Of a DNA stretch of 64,000 bases, positions 39,451-61,304 are shown piece after piece (position 1 is the stretch's first letter; every line of letters begins with the position of its first letter). The notes below the pieces were generated by a model, which was given only the letters and a program-made list of their open reading frames with translations, searched no databases and was not told the DNA's origin. The DNA comes from Chrysomallon squamiferum (Eukaryota > Animalia > Mollusca), in contig CM022673.1 of the NCBI GenBank assembly GCA_012295275.1, positions 26,970,001-27,034,000 on the forward strand, written 5' to 3'. Position numbers and translations under genes: made by a program.

Positions 39451-40775
39451 TAGACGAAATTAAATCTGCCAGCAACTTGCACGTTACGTTGACTGTCACA
39501 TTTCTTGCTTTGTACTGTCAAAACTATGACTTGGCACAGATAGGCGAGGGATAAGCAACAGTGAACATAAATTAACAGTCCATTAACACTGCTGCTTTCG
39601 TATCCAAGTAAACTGGGACATCTGCCCAAGTTACAGATCGCTAGGTTCGTCCATTTTTTTTTTTTTTTTTTTTTTTCTGATCGACTGATTGCTAGTTTAT
39701 TTGTTTTTCTTTCTGTCTCTATTTCTTAATTTCTTTCTTGTTGGTATGGTTGTTTCTTTTGAGGATTTCTTTTCTTTCTTTTTTTTTATTTTTTTTTTCT
39801 TCTTTCTTTTTACCCCTTGCTTATTATTATATCCTTTTAATTTGACGAGTGAAGTACGTCACGTAATAAAAATAACTTTTCTATTAATAAACGAAGAATG
39901 CTGAATTAATGTACACGTATACATACGCAATCTGAATTTGAAGTAATTTTTCTAATGTGTCGATCGAGAAAGAATAACATCTGGTAAAATAATCCAGCTT
40001 GTTTGGAACGGGCAAAACAACGTTGTGTGGCATGAAGTAACTTCTCACTGTCTCTGGTGTATTTTTCTCTTTCTTCCGTTCATAACGTTATAAAAATCCA
40101 TCCTCCATTTTGCTCACTAGGAAAACAATTACTGAAAATGTAAAAAAAAAAAAAAAAAAAACGCGTAGAAAACACTCAGAGGTTCAGCAGCTGGGTAATT
40201 TTCACCGTACAAATAACCTTCAACAGTCGAACAGACAGACCGTACACACAATTATACGCTATTCCTTCAACTCAACACTGACGAAACAATTTCACTGGCA
40301 GCATTTCGTACGTCGAGATTTTTTTTTAGTTTGTCTCCAATTATTCAAACCAGCTAGTGGCCATCTTGTGACAAACATGGATGGGACCCGATGTTATCTT
40401 TGCATCTGAATCTAAAACCCAAGAGTTCGAGTCGAGTTCACGCATGTAGTAAGACCGCCAGCCAAAATAGCGTGACTTTTCGTTTACGTAATTGTTCCCC
40501 CTGGTAAACGAAACTTCTTGTATTGCCAAAGAGATCGTCGTTTATGAGATGAAGCGAAGGGAACGCGAGCGACGTCTGGTTAACAATGCGACGACTGCTG
40601 TCTGTTTGTCACAGCTGTTGCAGTATGGGACAGGCGAGTGACAGTCGGTGATGAATGCGATGCACACACACACACACTGAACAATATCCAAATGAAGAAT
40701 TATGAGCCGGCCGGCCTCTCTTTAGATCTGGCTTTAGCAGACGACCGTTAGGTGTAATAAGAATGTGTGTTGTGG

Positions 40776-40849
<74 letters not shown>

Positions 40850-40967
40850 TAAATAAAAAATAAATAATAATTAAATAAATAAATAAATAAATAAATAATA
40901 ATAATAGTAATAATACACACACTGGATTTAAAACACAACTGAAATACAGGCAACAAGTGATACTTAC

Positions 40968-41300
40968 CGCAAAAAGAAACTTTATAGGTGTTTTTTTTAG
41001 ATTCTGACAGCTGTCAACTACGTCGTAATGAAAAGAGAAAAATTAGATAGGTTTTTAAGATTCGCTCGGCTGATTTCGACTTCCATTTCCGTGGCAGGAG
41101 ACCTTGTAACCCCCAACAGACCCACTTGGACTGACCCATCATGATATTATACATAAATATCTTTATTAATCAGCGAGAGACGTTCGTTCGTACTGGCAAA
41201 TCTGCTATCAACACAGAGGTTCGTGTTCTGCATTGATTGATCGGCTCACGGGTTTAACCTTTCATGAAGTGATTGGCTGTTAAATATCGCGAAGGCTGTG
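40968..41300 (-). other. Candidate non-coding alternative first exon of gene B
   Basis: Donor CG|GTAAGT at 40967; contains short ATG-initiated ORFs that stop before the donor; lies just downstream of a CRE cluster. Confidence 0.35.
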
Positions 41301-41439
41301 GGTGCATATGAAGCTTAATAATTTTGACAACATGTGCACTTATGATTAAAGGAGAGGAAGTACAAAGGAAACCGGGCAAATATGTCGAAAACAGCTTTGA
41401 TGTACGAGACAATGAAACGAAAACTTGTCGTTCCAAAAT

Positions 41440-41520
41440 ACCGGACGCGTGATGACGTCAGTACAGTTGCTATGACGTAATGGCGTCTGAACTGTCGTGG
41501 GATCGATTGACGTCGGTGGA
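41440..41520. promoter_or_regulatory. CRE/ATF site cluster
   Basis: TGACGTCA 41453-41460, TGACGTAA ~41473 and TGACGTC ~41508 within 65 bp. Confidence 0.55.
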
Positions 41521-41768
41521 AAGTATATTAATCTTTTTTTTATTTATTTATTTTGTTTAATTACCTTTAACTGTACTGAACGTAAGTTTCTTTACATTTA
41601 AACCGTAATCTGCGACATATAAGGATACATTATTTAATATACACATTAACAAACACAAAATAGATTACTCAATATCGTTAATAAGAGCAATACAAAGAAT
41701 GTATTTGTTATTTTAGTTGTGTGTTCAAAAACTAAGTCAAACGATCATACAAGTGAACGAGAATATAA

Positions 41769-41818
<50 letters not shown>

Positions 41819-42035
41819 ACAAATTAGATATTAACACAGGCAAGTTTAGTAAAGAATAATATAAATCTGGCAAGATTTTCAATATGCTACCTCTTTCTCA
41901 TCATTTACAAAAATGCCTAAAGACAGTTAACATTAAATTCTGCTGAGATTCAACATTCACTCAGACAGTTTGGATCATAACAAGCAAGATGAAAAAGATG
42001 AAATGATTATTTAAATAAGTGTGATCAGAGCGTAA

Positions 42036-42138
42036 AGCCGCGTTCTCACTAAGTGATTTGTCGTACCGACTTCCATCAAATGATAGATTCCCACCAGAAG
42101 AATATCCAAATGAATTATAACGTATAATATTCAATATG

Positions 42139-42233
<95 letters not shown>

Positions 42234-42477
42234 ATTGTTGCTATCTTATAAACAATTTTTTTCTTCGTCAAAGGGAAAAACAAAAAAAAAAAATGTAATA
42301 AATAAATGAAAGAGGTAAAGTCAAGTCAGAACTAACTCGTCATAGTCACGCTAGTTTCACTTTATTCACGCGATAACAAATCTTAGTCGATTCCCAAATG
42401 CACTAATTTCCAATTGCTTCGACGTTTTGTGTGATATGTCAAGTCGGTGAGACAAATTGCTTAGTGAGAATGAGGCT
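42036..42477. mobile_element. PIF/Harbinger-like MITE carrying an internal (AG)n tract
   Basis: ~37-bp imperfect TIRs agccgcgttctcactaagtgatttgtcgtaccgactt / aagtcggtgagacaaattgcttagtgagaatgaggct; TAA on both flanks (42033-42035, 42478-42480), the typical PIF/Harbinger target duplication. A similar solo end is at ~49263. Confidence 0.85.
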
Positions 42478-43259
42478 TAATTCGAAACAGAGGATCGATA
42501 TTCATTCGAGTAATTGTCTCGTTTAAAAACCAGATCTGTTTTAATTTAGAACGCTTATAAAATAAATAGTTAATGTTTCGAAACTTGTATTTTCTTAATA
42601 CGGTTTTGTGATTTATTGATTTAGAAAAAAAAATCTCTATATATATTTATATTTTTTTGCTTATTTGTTTGTTTGTTGTTTCTTCACTTTTTCTGCGGTA
42701 AATTAATTTTCGCTTTTAATATTTTTCATGTATTTTTATTTTATTTCAATATAATTTTTTCTGTCACAAAGGTTTATTTTTTTGTTTTGTTTAGTTTTTT
42801 TAATGCTAAAGGTGACTGGTTATTTGATTATTTAAATATTTCGACCATTTACTTATTTATTTTGTTTTTAAGAATTGGATTTTAGGAGAAAGCATAATTA
42901 TATTGTCTGTTCTTTTGTAAATTAAATTTAATGTTGAAATAGCATTTTCTGTTTCCGAAAACAAGTTTTTAAAAACTAAATTTTAAAAAACAAAAAACTG
43001 CTGTGTTATGAAAATATTCTGACAGTAAAATATTTACGTTATAATCAAGATAAATACACATCTTTTTTCTTTACTCTTCCATTAATTATATTTAATGTTA
43101 AATTAATCTGATCTGTTAGTCTATGAGAGAGGCTGGTTCTCTCGTTATTCTGTTATTTTCTAAAAACTGTTATTAATGCTGATATTTTGAAATATCTTAA
43201 TGTAATGTTGTTAGCGGTCATGGTAACAATCTATACTGAACAAAAAAATATATATATAG

Positions 43260-50540
<7,281 letters not shown>

Positions 50541-50705
50541 TCACATTGAAACTGACTAGCACCAACATATTCTTGAAAACCTGTAGGTTAATCCAAAACA
50601 TTTGCTTATATTAAATTCACATGAAGACCGTTATACCTCAAAAATATCATTATCGCATTAATATAACATATTTCTTCATTAGTGTTTTCTATATCTGCGC
50701 GCGCG

Positions 50706-50747
<42 letters not shown>

Positions 50748-51956
50748 TAATTGTGTCAGTACCTGATATATGTTCATGTAACACAATGTTAACAAAATAT
50801 ACAGATCGTACTTTCAAATTATAACGTCTGATCGTACCTTCAAAGCTGTCGTGTTATTAATTTGTGCTAACTAACTATAGAACTCTATTGCCAAAAGCAG
50901 TGTCTATATTGGTCCAAGTCAAACACATTTTATTTTGCGATAGACCTATCCTTTCCACAGACCATGAAAATATGCTTAAACACAGTTAGATATGTCAAAT
51001 AGCCACGTAAAGTGTCACTTTATAGTGACAAGTATTTCCCTTCAAGACACGATTTGTTTATGTATAGCAAAGATTTCTTAATTTTCAATATTATTAATAT
51101 TACCGTCTTCATAAGTTTTATAAATTTATGTAAGCGTTATCGTTGTTGTTGTTTCTATAATAGTTAACCAAAATAAAACTTTTAATAAAAGGGGGTTTTA
51201 AATTTCTGAGACTTATCATGTTGTTTAGTAAACCTCTTTTCATTTTATTATTATTGATAGCAGAGAAGTAGTAGTAGTGTTGTTGTTGTAGCAGTAGTAG
51301 TAGTAGTAGTAGTAATAATAATAGTCGTGTTACTATTGGTAGTTGTAGTAATGGTATTAGTGGCGGTGATTATGGTGGTAGAAGTAGAAGTAGTAGTAAT
51401 TGTAGTAGTACTATGACGTTATTGCTGTAACAGTTACGTTTTAATAGTGAGGGTTTTGTTATCTGTTGTATTTCCAACCAGTAAATCAAGGAGCATCTTG
51501 CAAAAACATTCCACGCGATGTAAAACAAATTATATGTAAATTTAGATCGACTGATACAGATTGGCTGTTTTTCTCTGATCTGCTGTTCACTTGATAGATG
51601 GGCTGACTGTCACATTACTGTTTAATGACGAAGTTCCTGCATTCCATCAAGCGATATATAACGCTACGTCTGTCACTATTTCAGTTAAACCTGATTTCTC
51701 GTTTCTGCAAGTCTGTGACAAATACCTGTGTTTAACACGTCAAACTGCCCGGATGGGGAAAAGTTAAATAATGCATATGTATGATGTTCATGTTTCCGAA
51801 AAATATTAAAACTAACAAAAAGAAAAAATCAATGAATAAATGATTATTTATTTATTCATCCAAAGTCCTTATTCAGCATCTTACAGAAATTATTATATCA
51901 TTGTTTTCAAGTTAAAAAACACTTGACGATTTGTATTATTATTATTATTATTATTT

Positions 51957-52034
<78 letters not shown>

Positions 52035-52467
52035 GAGTTGGTTAGTGATTTGTTGTTTATTTTATTATTATCTTTCTTTCATTTTTCCTATTGTTGTTTT
52101 TGTTGTTAAACTTTATGATTATCAAACAAACGTTGGTCGTACGTAAACACAATGTATTTACATCATTTATGAATAATAACGTTCAAGTAAACTATTTATC
52201 TTTAGTTTAACAAGTTAATAGGTTAGTGCAACAACATTCTGTAGAAGTGATGATTTCTTGTACCTCTTACTGTTATAGTAGAAATTGGTATTCGAAACCA
52301 GGACCTATCAGTTTATATAGTAAAAAAAAAAAAAAAAAAAAGTTTTTTTCGACAACACAGTTATCCAACATGTCTTTCCTTTTTTTTTTTTTATTTTTTT
52401 TTTTTATTTATTTATTTATTTTTTTTATTTATTTTATTTATTTATTTATTTATTTATTTATTATTTT

Positions 52468-52498
<31 letters not shown>

Positions 52499-53924
52499 TT
52501 TTATTACTTTATTTATTTAGTTATTTAGTTATTTTTTTACTTTATTACTATTATTTATTTATTTATTTATTTATTTATTAATAGTTTTCAATTTCTTTCA
52601 TTCTTTCTTTTTCTTTTTCTCTTTCATTCTTTCTTTTCTTTTTTTTTTTTACTCATATCAACATTTTCAAATATAACACATAATAAATACCACATAATAA
52701 ATTTAATTCAGAAATTAAAAAAAAAATAAAAAATATAAAGAAAAAACATAAGTGTTATGATGTTCCAATGTTTTTCGAAGGCGGCCTTAATTAGTTTCTC
52801 TCAGTATATTATCGTTCAAAATCGCCTTGCGGCATAGACCAGTTTGGTCCGATCGATATTTTTGGAACAGCGCCAGACAAACAAAAGAAACAATTTGTAG
52901 AAAAGAAAATAACGTTCATCTTGGGATAGCAGTTTGTGATAAAGCTTGGCATCGACATTATATTATTATTTTTTTATATATATATTTAAATATATAAAAT
53001 ATATTTTTTTTATGATTTCACTTCGTAATGTTTTTTTTCCAGTGTATCGATAAGAATGAATAATGAACTTTTGTGTGAACATTTCGACATAGGTCATTAT
53101 TTTCCAATATTATTATTTTTTTATTTTTTGAAGTAAAGGTTTTGAATTATACTTTTATGTATTTTCGTATCAAGATTCAACATATTGCCATGACAAAACG
53201 CCATATGCATTTATCAGATGTATCATACTATATCATATCATATCATATATATATGTATATAGGTAGACAGATATATATACATATTAATCAACGGCATCCA
53301 CATGTTGGTGTAAAATATCGTCATTTCTACTGGTATCGCACCACTTCACAGAGTCATATTACGCCACGTTTTAATGTCAGATCAGGTGTGTTTGTATTAT
53401 TGTGTTTTTATATATATATATACACACAGAGTACTACAGATTGATAGACAACAAAACAGTTCAGTAATTTAGAATCAGAGAGTAATTTAAGCATAAGAGA
53501 TAGACTGGTAGACAGGCAGACACGAAAAATAGAAAGAGAGTAGAGGGATGAATGAATGGATGATGGATAGACAGATCGATGGATGAATGCATGCATGCAT
53601 GCATGATAGAAAGACAGTCAGACACAGTCAGACAGACAGACAGATAGATAGACAGCGGTATCAAGACCAGAACAAAACAAGTACATTTACCCGAAACGTC
53701 ATATAGGTAAATTATATCAAATAGTACCATGTATATTTTCTTTCAGACCATACGATATATATTTTTTCTCAAAGCAGAGGTGATAATATTGAACTAAAAC
53801 TGCACTGCAGCTGAGTATGTATGTACACTACTGACCGCAGCCGATATTAGAAGCTGACCTTCGATTAATAACAGACAATACAACATTCGTATTGACCAGT
53901 TTGTTATTGTACATGTCCAGAGAA

Positions 53925-54966
53925 TAGTAGTTTTGGCCACTGACACATGATCTAATAGTCCGGTGTTTGTTTTGATAAATATGGTGTTAAATTATCTTTG
54001 GCCACTGACCCCCAAAAAGATCGTTGTTATAAAATGTAACGTGTTAAATTACCTTTAGTCATTAATCATTATGCAGAAAAAATTATAAACTAAAATGTTA
54101 AATTAATTTGAACCATTGACCAAATATGGAGTAATTTGTTATCATAAAATACACCGTGTTAACGTAGCTTTAAGTGATGACCAGTAAACTGCAAACTGTT
54201 AGACGTTATGAACATTCACTATCTAACTAGTTCCAACCACTGGCTAAAATTTCACAAGCAGACTGTCTGTACAACACGTTTTGTGTGAAAGCAGCTTTAA
54301 CCACTGACAGATCAACATTCTCTTATTATAAACTGCACACTTTGAAATTAGCTTTATTCCCTGTCCACTCAAAGATTCCTACTATAAATTGTCCAGTCTG
54401 AAATTAGCTTTATCCAGTGACTACTCAAAGATTGTTATTATAAATTGTGTAGTTTGAAATTAGCTTTATCTGGTGACCACTTAAAGATTGGTACTATAAA
54501 TTGTGTAGTTTGAAATTAGCTTTATCCACTGACCACTCAAAGACTGATATTACAAATTATCCAGTCTGAAATTAGCTTTATCCACTGACCACTCAAAGAT
54601 TGCTACTATAAATTGAACAGTCTGAATTAGCTTTATTCACTGACCACTCAAAGACTGCTATTACAAATTATCCAGTCTGAAATTAGCTTTATCCACTGAC
54701 CACTGGAAGACTGCTGTTATATATTGTGCAGTCTGAAATTAGCTTTATCCACTGACCACTCAAAGATTGCTACTATAAATTGAACAGTCTGAATTAGCTT
54801 TATTCACTGACCACTCAAAGATTGCTACTATAAATTGTTTGAAATTAGCTTTATCCAGCAACCACTTAAAGATTGCTACAATAAATTGTGCAGTCTGAAA
54901 TTAGCTTTATCCAGTGATCACCCAAAGATTGCAGTTATAAATTGCACAGTCTGAAAATAGCTTTAA
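53925..54966. repeat. 56-bp tandem array (~12 homogeneous copies from 54344, degenerate copies upstream)
   Basis: gaaattagctttatccactgaccactcaaagattgctactataaattgtgcagtct with starts at 54344, 54400, 54456, 54512, 54568...54953. Confidence 0.95.
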
Positions 54967-56713
54967 CTCTCAACCAGAATTGCTGTCGAACAGTTTGCTA
55001 GTACAAACTATACGATAGAGAATAAAACACAAAAAAAACCACATACACACACCAAAAAAACCCAGCCATGGTTGAGGAAAAGCAATTTGAAATACAACAT
55101 GAGTGTGCTATGGTTCAGTAACTTTCTTTTTTGATCGATAAACGCACGTGCAGGAAACATTTGCTGAATGTCACGCTGTCCAGGTAGAATTCGTTTCAAG
55201 CTCATGAAAAGAATTATATGTATATATATATATATATTTATAAAACCTTGTTTACTCAGAAGTAATCATCAGACACATATTTTTCAGACAATTAATCTTC
55301 AGAAACACTTTGTGTCGATCTAAACATTTAGTCTAGACGTGACTACGACAACGACATTGTTTGCATTCTTTTGTCAGCATCAGAGAATCGTTGTACTTAA
55401 TTAATCTTCTTTCTCCCCACCCCCAGAGCAGTTTAGTAATCGTTCTGTTGGAACGGGTAATAATACATTTTGGAAACGACCCAAAGGTATTCGTGTCTTT
55501 AGTAACGCTGCAAAAAAAAAAAACAATCCATTAGTTTTACTTCCTTCGCTGATAAAGTATTTGTTGTTTTTGGGGGGGAATGTGCACAGGAATGCATGTT
55601 TTCATCTTTGCATGCCTCGGTGTGTGCACATGTTTGTATGAGAGCGACAACAGAGATAGAAAGAAAGAATAAATAAAACAAGAATATCGCCGTCGTTATT
55701 TTAATTTATTGTTATAAAGTTTCAACTTAATATCATTAACAGAAATAAAAAAAACACAAAACAAAATAAAAAATAAAAAAAACACCAGAAAAAAAGAAAA
55801 CACTCACATTATCAAATGGATTTTAAAAAATTACAACCCAGTAAAATGTTAACCTAAAGAATAAAACGTACATCAAAATACATAAATCGTAAAGCATCTC
55901 TTCCATCTTAGCTTTTGTAATTACAACCCGATCTGGTAACATTTCTCAAGAGTTGCACTTATCAACTTCTGAATCTGTAAATCGATGCAAAACAGCAGAT
56001 TCCGATCACTTACATCAATAAACTCAGTAATAAAGAGGTTCCCTCATGACCACTGATAACAGACGTACTTGCGAAATTAAGTCAAGAAATGGATGTACTT
56101 TAAGACTCCATGACAAGACTAGTGTACTTTACTGAGTATATTTAGAATCTTGTTTTCTTTGTCTGCTGATTAAAGTGTTTTTCAGTTTTACTGACAAAAA
56201 GTTTCGTTTTATTTGATTTCAATAATAAACACGTGTCAGTAATCAGTGCACTTGTCAATTAAAAATTTACCTACGTACTTCGGCAGTATAAGTAAAGTGC
56301 ATTTCATTTCTTTACTTAACAAACGATATACATATAGATACATACATATATGTATATATATTTAGATATGATAATGTTCGAGAGTGGTGAAATGTCTGAA
56401 GTGTCAGAAAGAAAACAATGATTATTCAAGACTCGACATATAAGTACTGTCAGTTAACTCATGACAGAGATCTGACAATTAACAAGTTGTTACAGCAAAC
56501 TGCTACGTGTTACAGGATGTCTACGACTCAGTAACCTGTGGTTACAACATTTTGCTTTACATATTTAAATTCCCATTTTAACAAGAATCGATCATAGCAA
56601 TTGTTTATATATATATATATTTTACATGACAATGAATATACGTCAATTGCGAAGTGAAATCAATCAAAAAAAATTTCTCACCGCCAAAACAACATGAATA
56701 ATAAAACTGTCGG

Positions 56714-56752
<39 letters not shown>

Positions 56753-56786
56753 AATATCATCCAGCAGCACGAATAGACAGACTTAC

Positions 56787-57120
56787 CGCATCATTTCCAC
56801 AGAGCAGGCTATTCTCCTAGGTGTTCAGTAATATTGAAACCATCAAACAAACAACTGACGTTAGAATCTAACGTGATTTTCAAATGCGTGCAAGAAACTC
56901 TCTCCAGACCGCACCACAAATTCCAGCAAATGATGCCCTTCTTGGGAGGTGGAATTCTGCAATAATTGCACGGATTTAACAAGCTGGAATCACACAATAC
57001 CCGACTCGCTGGATTTCCGGACACTGAGTCGCGTCGTGTGCTTGAAATCGTTGATTGTAGTTTGACGCTTTCTGCGATGCAGTTCACTTCTGCGATGTGT
57101 TTCCGATACGCGTCATTTCC
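56787..57120 (-). other. Candidate distal first exon (5' UTR) of gene B
   Basis: CpG-rich unique sequence ending in donor CG|GTAAGT at 56786; ATGATG immediately before the donor. Confidence 0.45.
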
Positions 57121-57779
57121 GAACTAGACCAAGACTTAATAGCTGACCCAGAGTTTGACTTAAACATCGCTAACTAAAACCAATTTACAACACAGCTAGA
57201 GATCTAAGCCTTCCTTCCCCAGGGTCTGTTATAGTTAGAACAAATATAACATATACGGTTATATTATAAAACTGTTGCTGATTAGAACAAAAAAGTTAAT
57301 TTACTGTTTAGAATGTCTGTATGTCTTTCTTTATTTATCTGTATGTGTATGTGTATATATATATGTATATATATATATGTGTGTGTGTGTGTATGTGTGT
57401 GTGCCTTATACATGCATGTGGTTTTGTTAAAAGATGAAAATAAGGCTATGCCTTTTGAAGATTATGATATCATTTTCTAAATAATAATGCCACCGTAGGT
57501 TAATGAAGAATATGCAGTACGAACTTGCATTACCTACAGTAATATTTTACTATTCTGTATTTTAGACAGTCAAATAAATTTTATATTCATTTATCATCAA
57601 AAAAATAATAATAAATAAATAAATAAATAATTATAAGAAGAAGAATAAATAAAATTACAACGGTAGACATTTTACACGTTTAAAGGCTGTTACATTTTGG
57701 TTTGTAAAAAAAAAAAAAAAAAAATAAAAAAAAAAAAAAAAATTCTAAAAATATACAGTCATCTTTCGATCTAGCAGTC

Positions 57780-58330
57780 CAGTCCAGACGCAACACTATT
57801 TAAATCGATACCGTTACGTCACAACATCCACGAAGAAAATTGAAACCTGTGTCATTTCCGGACTTCAATTAACGTCATTCCGCATCTGACCACTTGAGAA
57901 GTTATGACGGGCATAAACTACTTCCTGACGTATCGCCGCCACAGCTCAGGAAAGCACCTAACGGATTTATATTATCAAATGTTTTCCAATAATCGCATTC
58001 AGGCCCGAAATCTCATTTGGAAATGCAATTTTCCGAAACTATAAGCAACGAGGAAGTCAATCGATAGTACCGTGACAACGCGTGATTTTGACATTTCGGT
58101 CGAAATGTGACGTCAGCGGTGCTTAGCGGTAAATCACTGAGGTTCTGTGATGGGCGAAAAGTGCCGAAACGTGAAAGTGCCGAGAAAAATGAATAGAGGC
58201 TCAGTTCGTAGCGGGTTCTTTCGGTGTCTGTCGTGTGTTGTTTTTTATTATCGACTCACTGCGGTCAAGTCCGTCGTTCTTTTTTTCATGCTCGAAAATA
58301 AGTCGATAACGGAAATAGAGGTTTTCAGAA
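57780..58330. promoter_or_regulatory. CpG-rich promoter/enhancer-like island
   Basis: TGACGTCA 58108-58115; several TGACG half sites and TTCCG cores; palindrome acatttcg-gt-cgaaatgt at 58091-58108; GAAA-N3-GAAA motifs. Confidence 0.45.
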
Positions 58331-58767
58331 AAGTGAATGTAGCAATAAAAAAAATTAAAAAAAAAAATTAATAATAATAATAATAATAATAATTAATTAA
58401 TTAATTAGTTAGTTAATTAATATTAATTGTTTAATTTATTAAAACAAAACAAAAGAAGAAGAATATTGCTTTGTAATGGACTGAACGATTGCTGAGTGAT
58501 CGCGCGCTGAACTTCCTATAAGATTACGAGGATTAATTCAAGCTATCGTTGTTGTTGTTGTTGTTGTTGTTGTTGTTACTGCTGTCTTCATCGATTTTGT
58601 CATTTGTGCATGTTATCGATTATGCTCGTCTGTACATATAAACATATATGTTATTCCAAAATGGATATATCCAAACAAGTATACATGCCTGTAATCAGAC
58701 ACATATAATAAACGATCAAACAGATTAACCCACAATCCACAGCCACACCCATCCATCCATCCACCCA

Positions 58768-58805
<38 letters not shown>

Positions 58806-58869
58806 TACACACACACACACAAACACACACACAAGCCACAAGGACAGACAGAGAGACGGACATACACAT

Positions 58870-59250
58870 TCATCTATCAGCAGGATACTTATGATGACTC
58901 TACCGATGTCTTCGCAGAGCTCACAGTAGACTATAATTACTGACAACATTTCTGCAGTTCTTTCAACTGAGTCTGCCATCGATCTGAGATTCGTCTCAAA
59001 CACAGATCTTTTGTCTGTTTCCCCCTGGGTTCCCTCATTTCTCATCCAGCTTTTCTCTTGCCTTTCGTTCGCGCTGGCGCCTTCGTAGACCTTCTGGAAC
59101 TAAACTGCACTCTCTTCTGTAGATTCTTCGTTCGGTAGTTTTGTTTATACGACTCTGTCCCAGACTAATATGTCTCATGAACCTTATGTTATTGCTTCGC
59201 TGAAGATCTGTGTGGACTACAGTCCTGTGACGGATGTCATCAAGGTTTCA
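58870..59250 (-). mobile_element. Possible highly decayed 3' fragment of an RTE-type LINE
   Basis: Minus-strand pieces RFMRHI..., VPEGLRRRQR and RQEKSWMRN across frameshifts resemble the post-RT C-terminal motif (FGHxxR...EGxRxRGRxRKxW). Recalled similarity only; needs a search. Confidence 0.3.
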
Positions 59251-59274
59251 TTACAGACTGATAATTTCGTATAC

Positions 59275-60030
59275 GCAGATTAGCATCCTTTGATTGTGTG
59301 TGTGTATGAAGATTACGTGCGTCGCAATAACTGGTTGACTGGTTTTCTAATTATATGGATTAGCGTGCTTTAACCCAAACTAATATAAGAATATTTAACA
59401 AAGTTATAGTGCCTCGCTTTGCATTTGTCTTGTAGATTTGTTTTACCTGATTATATATATATATATATATATATATAACTTACATCAAAGTTACATGTTT
59501 CACAATAGGTTTGTACGAAAAGCTTGTTTATATGGATTAATAACCTTTAATAATACTTCTGAAGGTTACATGATTTGCTTTAAGCGGTTACCGTATGTTA
59601 GTTTGTGTGGATTAAGAATCCTCCGACCAAGCTAATACAAGTTATAAAGGTTATTTTGTTTCACTAAAGGTTTGAACAAAACATTTTGTTGTAAGGATTA
59701 ACATCCTTTAACCCAAACAAAACTTATTAATGTTATACCTTTCACTATATTAACACACAGTCTAATGTAAATGATCAAGGTTATGCTATGTTTCAATGTT
59801 GGGCTGTATGAAAGTTTGTTTATACAGACTTGTTTTCTTTCACTCGGTTTGGTTTGACTCATAAAGTTTACTCGTTTCACTACAGTTTTGTTTAAGTGGA
59901 TTAATAACCTTTGATCCAATTCAGAATACTTTATTAACGTTATAAGTTTCATTATAAATTTGAATCAACGTTTTGTGTATGTGAATTAACCTTCTTTGAC
60001 CCGAACTAATGTAACCTATCAAAGCTTACA
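59275..60030. repeat. Old degenerate ~75-90-bp tandem array
   Basis: Recurring ggattaa..(a/c)cttt(a/g)acc(c/a)aa(a/g)ctaat...aggtta...tttca at ~59357, 59534, 59609, 59695, 59898 and 59982. Confidence 0.6.
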
Positions 60031-60589
60031 TGCGAAGCATCACTTAAAGATGTTATTATTCTAAGTCTGTTTGCAGCGACTGGCAACCTTTGACCACAAC
60101 TGACCTCTGTTATCTGTGTTTCATCTTCCTTATCGTATGTTACTCAATTGGTCGATGAAGTCCTAACTCTCTAATGAAAAATGCCGATTCTCAACGAACG
60201 CCTATGATTGAATCTTTACAAGCTGGTTCCACACCAAATCGATTTGACCTGACGTTTCGTATCATTTCAGTGACAAGAGATAAATAGAATTCTCTCAGTT
60301 GCTTTCTAAATAATAAGGAAATATACTGTAAATGAAAACATCTGACCTATGACGCTAATCACATCTATAAATGGTTTTTCTTTTCGTATGCTGAAAATAT
60401 TGATGAATAGTGGGTTAAAATAACATTGGGATGAAATCAGTTTAATTTTAAATGGTATCTCCTTCCTTTTTAATGTATTTGATCTGGACGTATAAGAAAG
60501 AAAAGATTCTGATATATATATATAATAAAAGATAAATTTTGGAACACACACATACATACGCATACAGAAAGCGAGAGATAGCAAGGTAT

Positions 60590-61162
60590 GTACTTTTAGT
60601 ATTAAAAATACCCTATGAATAAAACAGGTGTTACTATCAATAACATCCTACGTAAAAATAAGCTAAAATGATTAATCAAGTCTTACATACAAACACCATA
60701 ACACTATAAACAATACCTACGTACAAAGTAATACCATTGATACTATCTATTTATATAATTTATTTATAGTACAAAGAGTATCCTTACTATGAAGTATTGC
60801 AGTTAACTGAATCCTGTATGCAAACTGTTGCTTCCAACAGTATCCTACACACAGGGTAAAACTATTCAGAGTATTCTGTTAACAGTATCTTGCGTATAAC
60901 CAAGGTAAAATACTAACAGCATCCTGCGTATAACCAAGGTAAAATACTAGCAGTATCCTACGTATAACCAAGGTAAAATACTAGCAGTATCCTGCGTATG
61001 ACCAAAGTAAAATACTAACATTATCCTACGTATAACCAAGGTAAAATACAAGCAGTATCCTGCATATGACCAAAGTAAAATACTAACAGTATCCTGCGTA
61101 TAACCTAGTTAAAATACTAGCAGTATCCTGCGTATAACCTAGGTGAAATACTAACAGTATAC
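60590..61162. repeat. 34-bp tandem array (~8 homogeneous copies from ~60880, degenerate copies upstream)
   Basis: caaggtaaaatactaacagtatcctgcgtataac with starts at 60901, 60935, 60969 and onward. Confidence 0.92.
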
Positions 61163-61259
61163 TCTTTTTAACAAGATCAAGTAAGACGTAAAAAGAAAAT
61201 AAAGTATTATAACCAAAACATTTATCAAGTGTTTTTACATTCACACTGTTCTACAATAA

Positions 61260-61304
<45 letters not shown>

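Noticed and set aside
54344-54966. CRISPR-like regular repeat with a conserved part and a more variable part
   Set aside because: The variable parts are variants of one sequence, not unique spacers; no cas genes; eukaryotic context. The same applies to the 34-bp and 99-bp arrays.
56809-57087. 92-aa Cys-containing minus-strand ORF
   Set aside because: GTG start, stops before the 56786 donor and shows no recognisable motif; better explained as 5' UTR.
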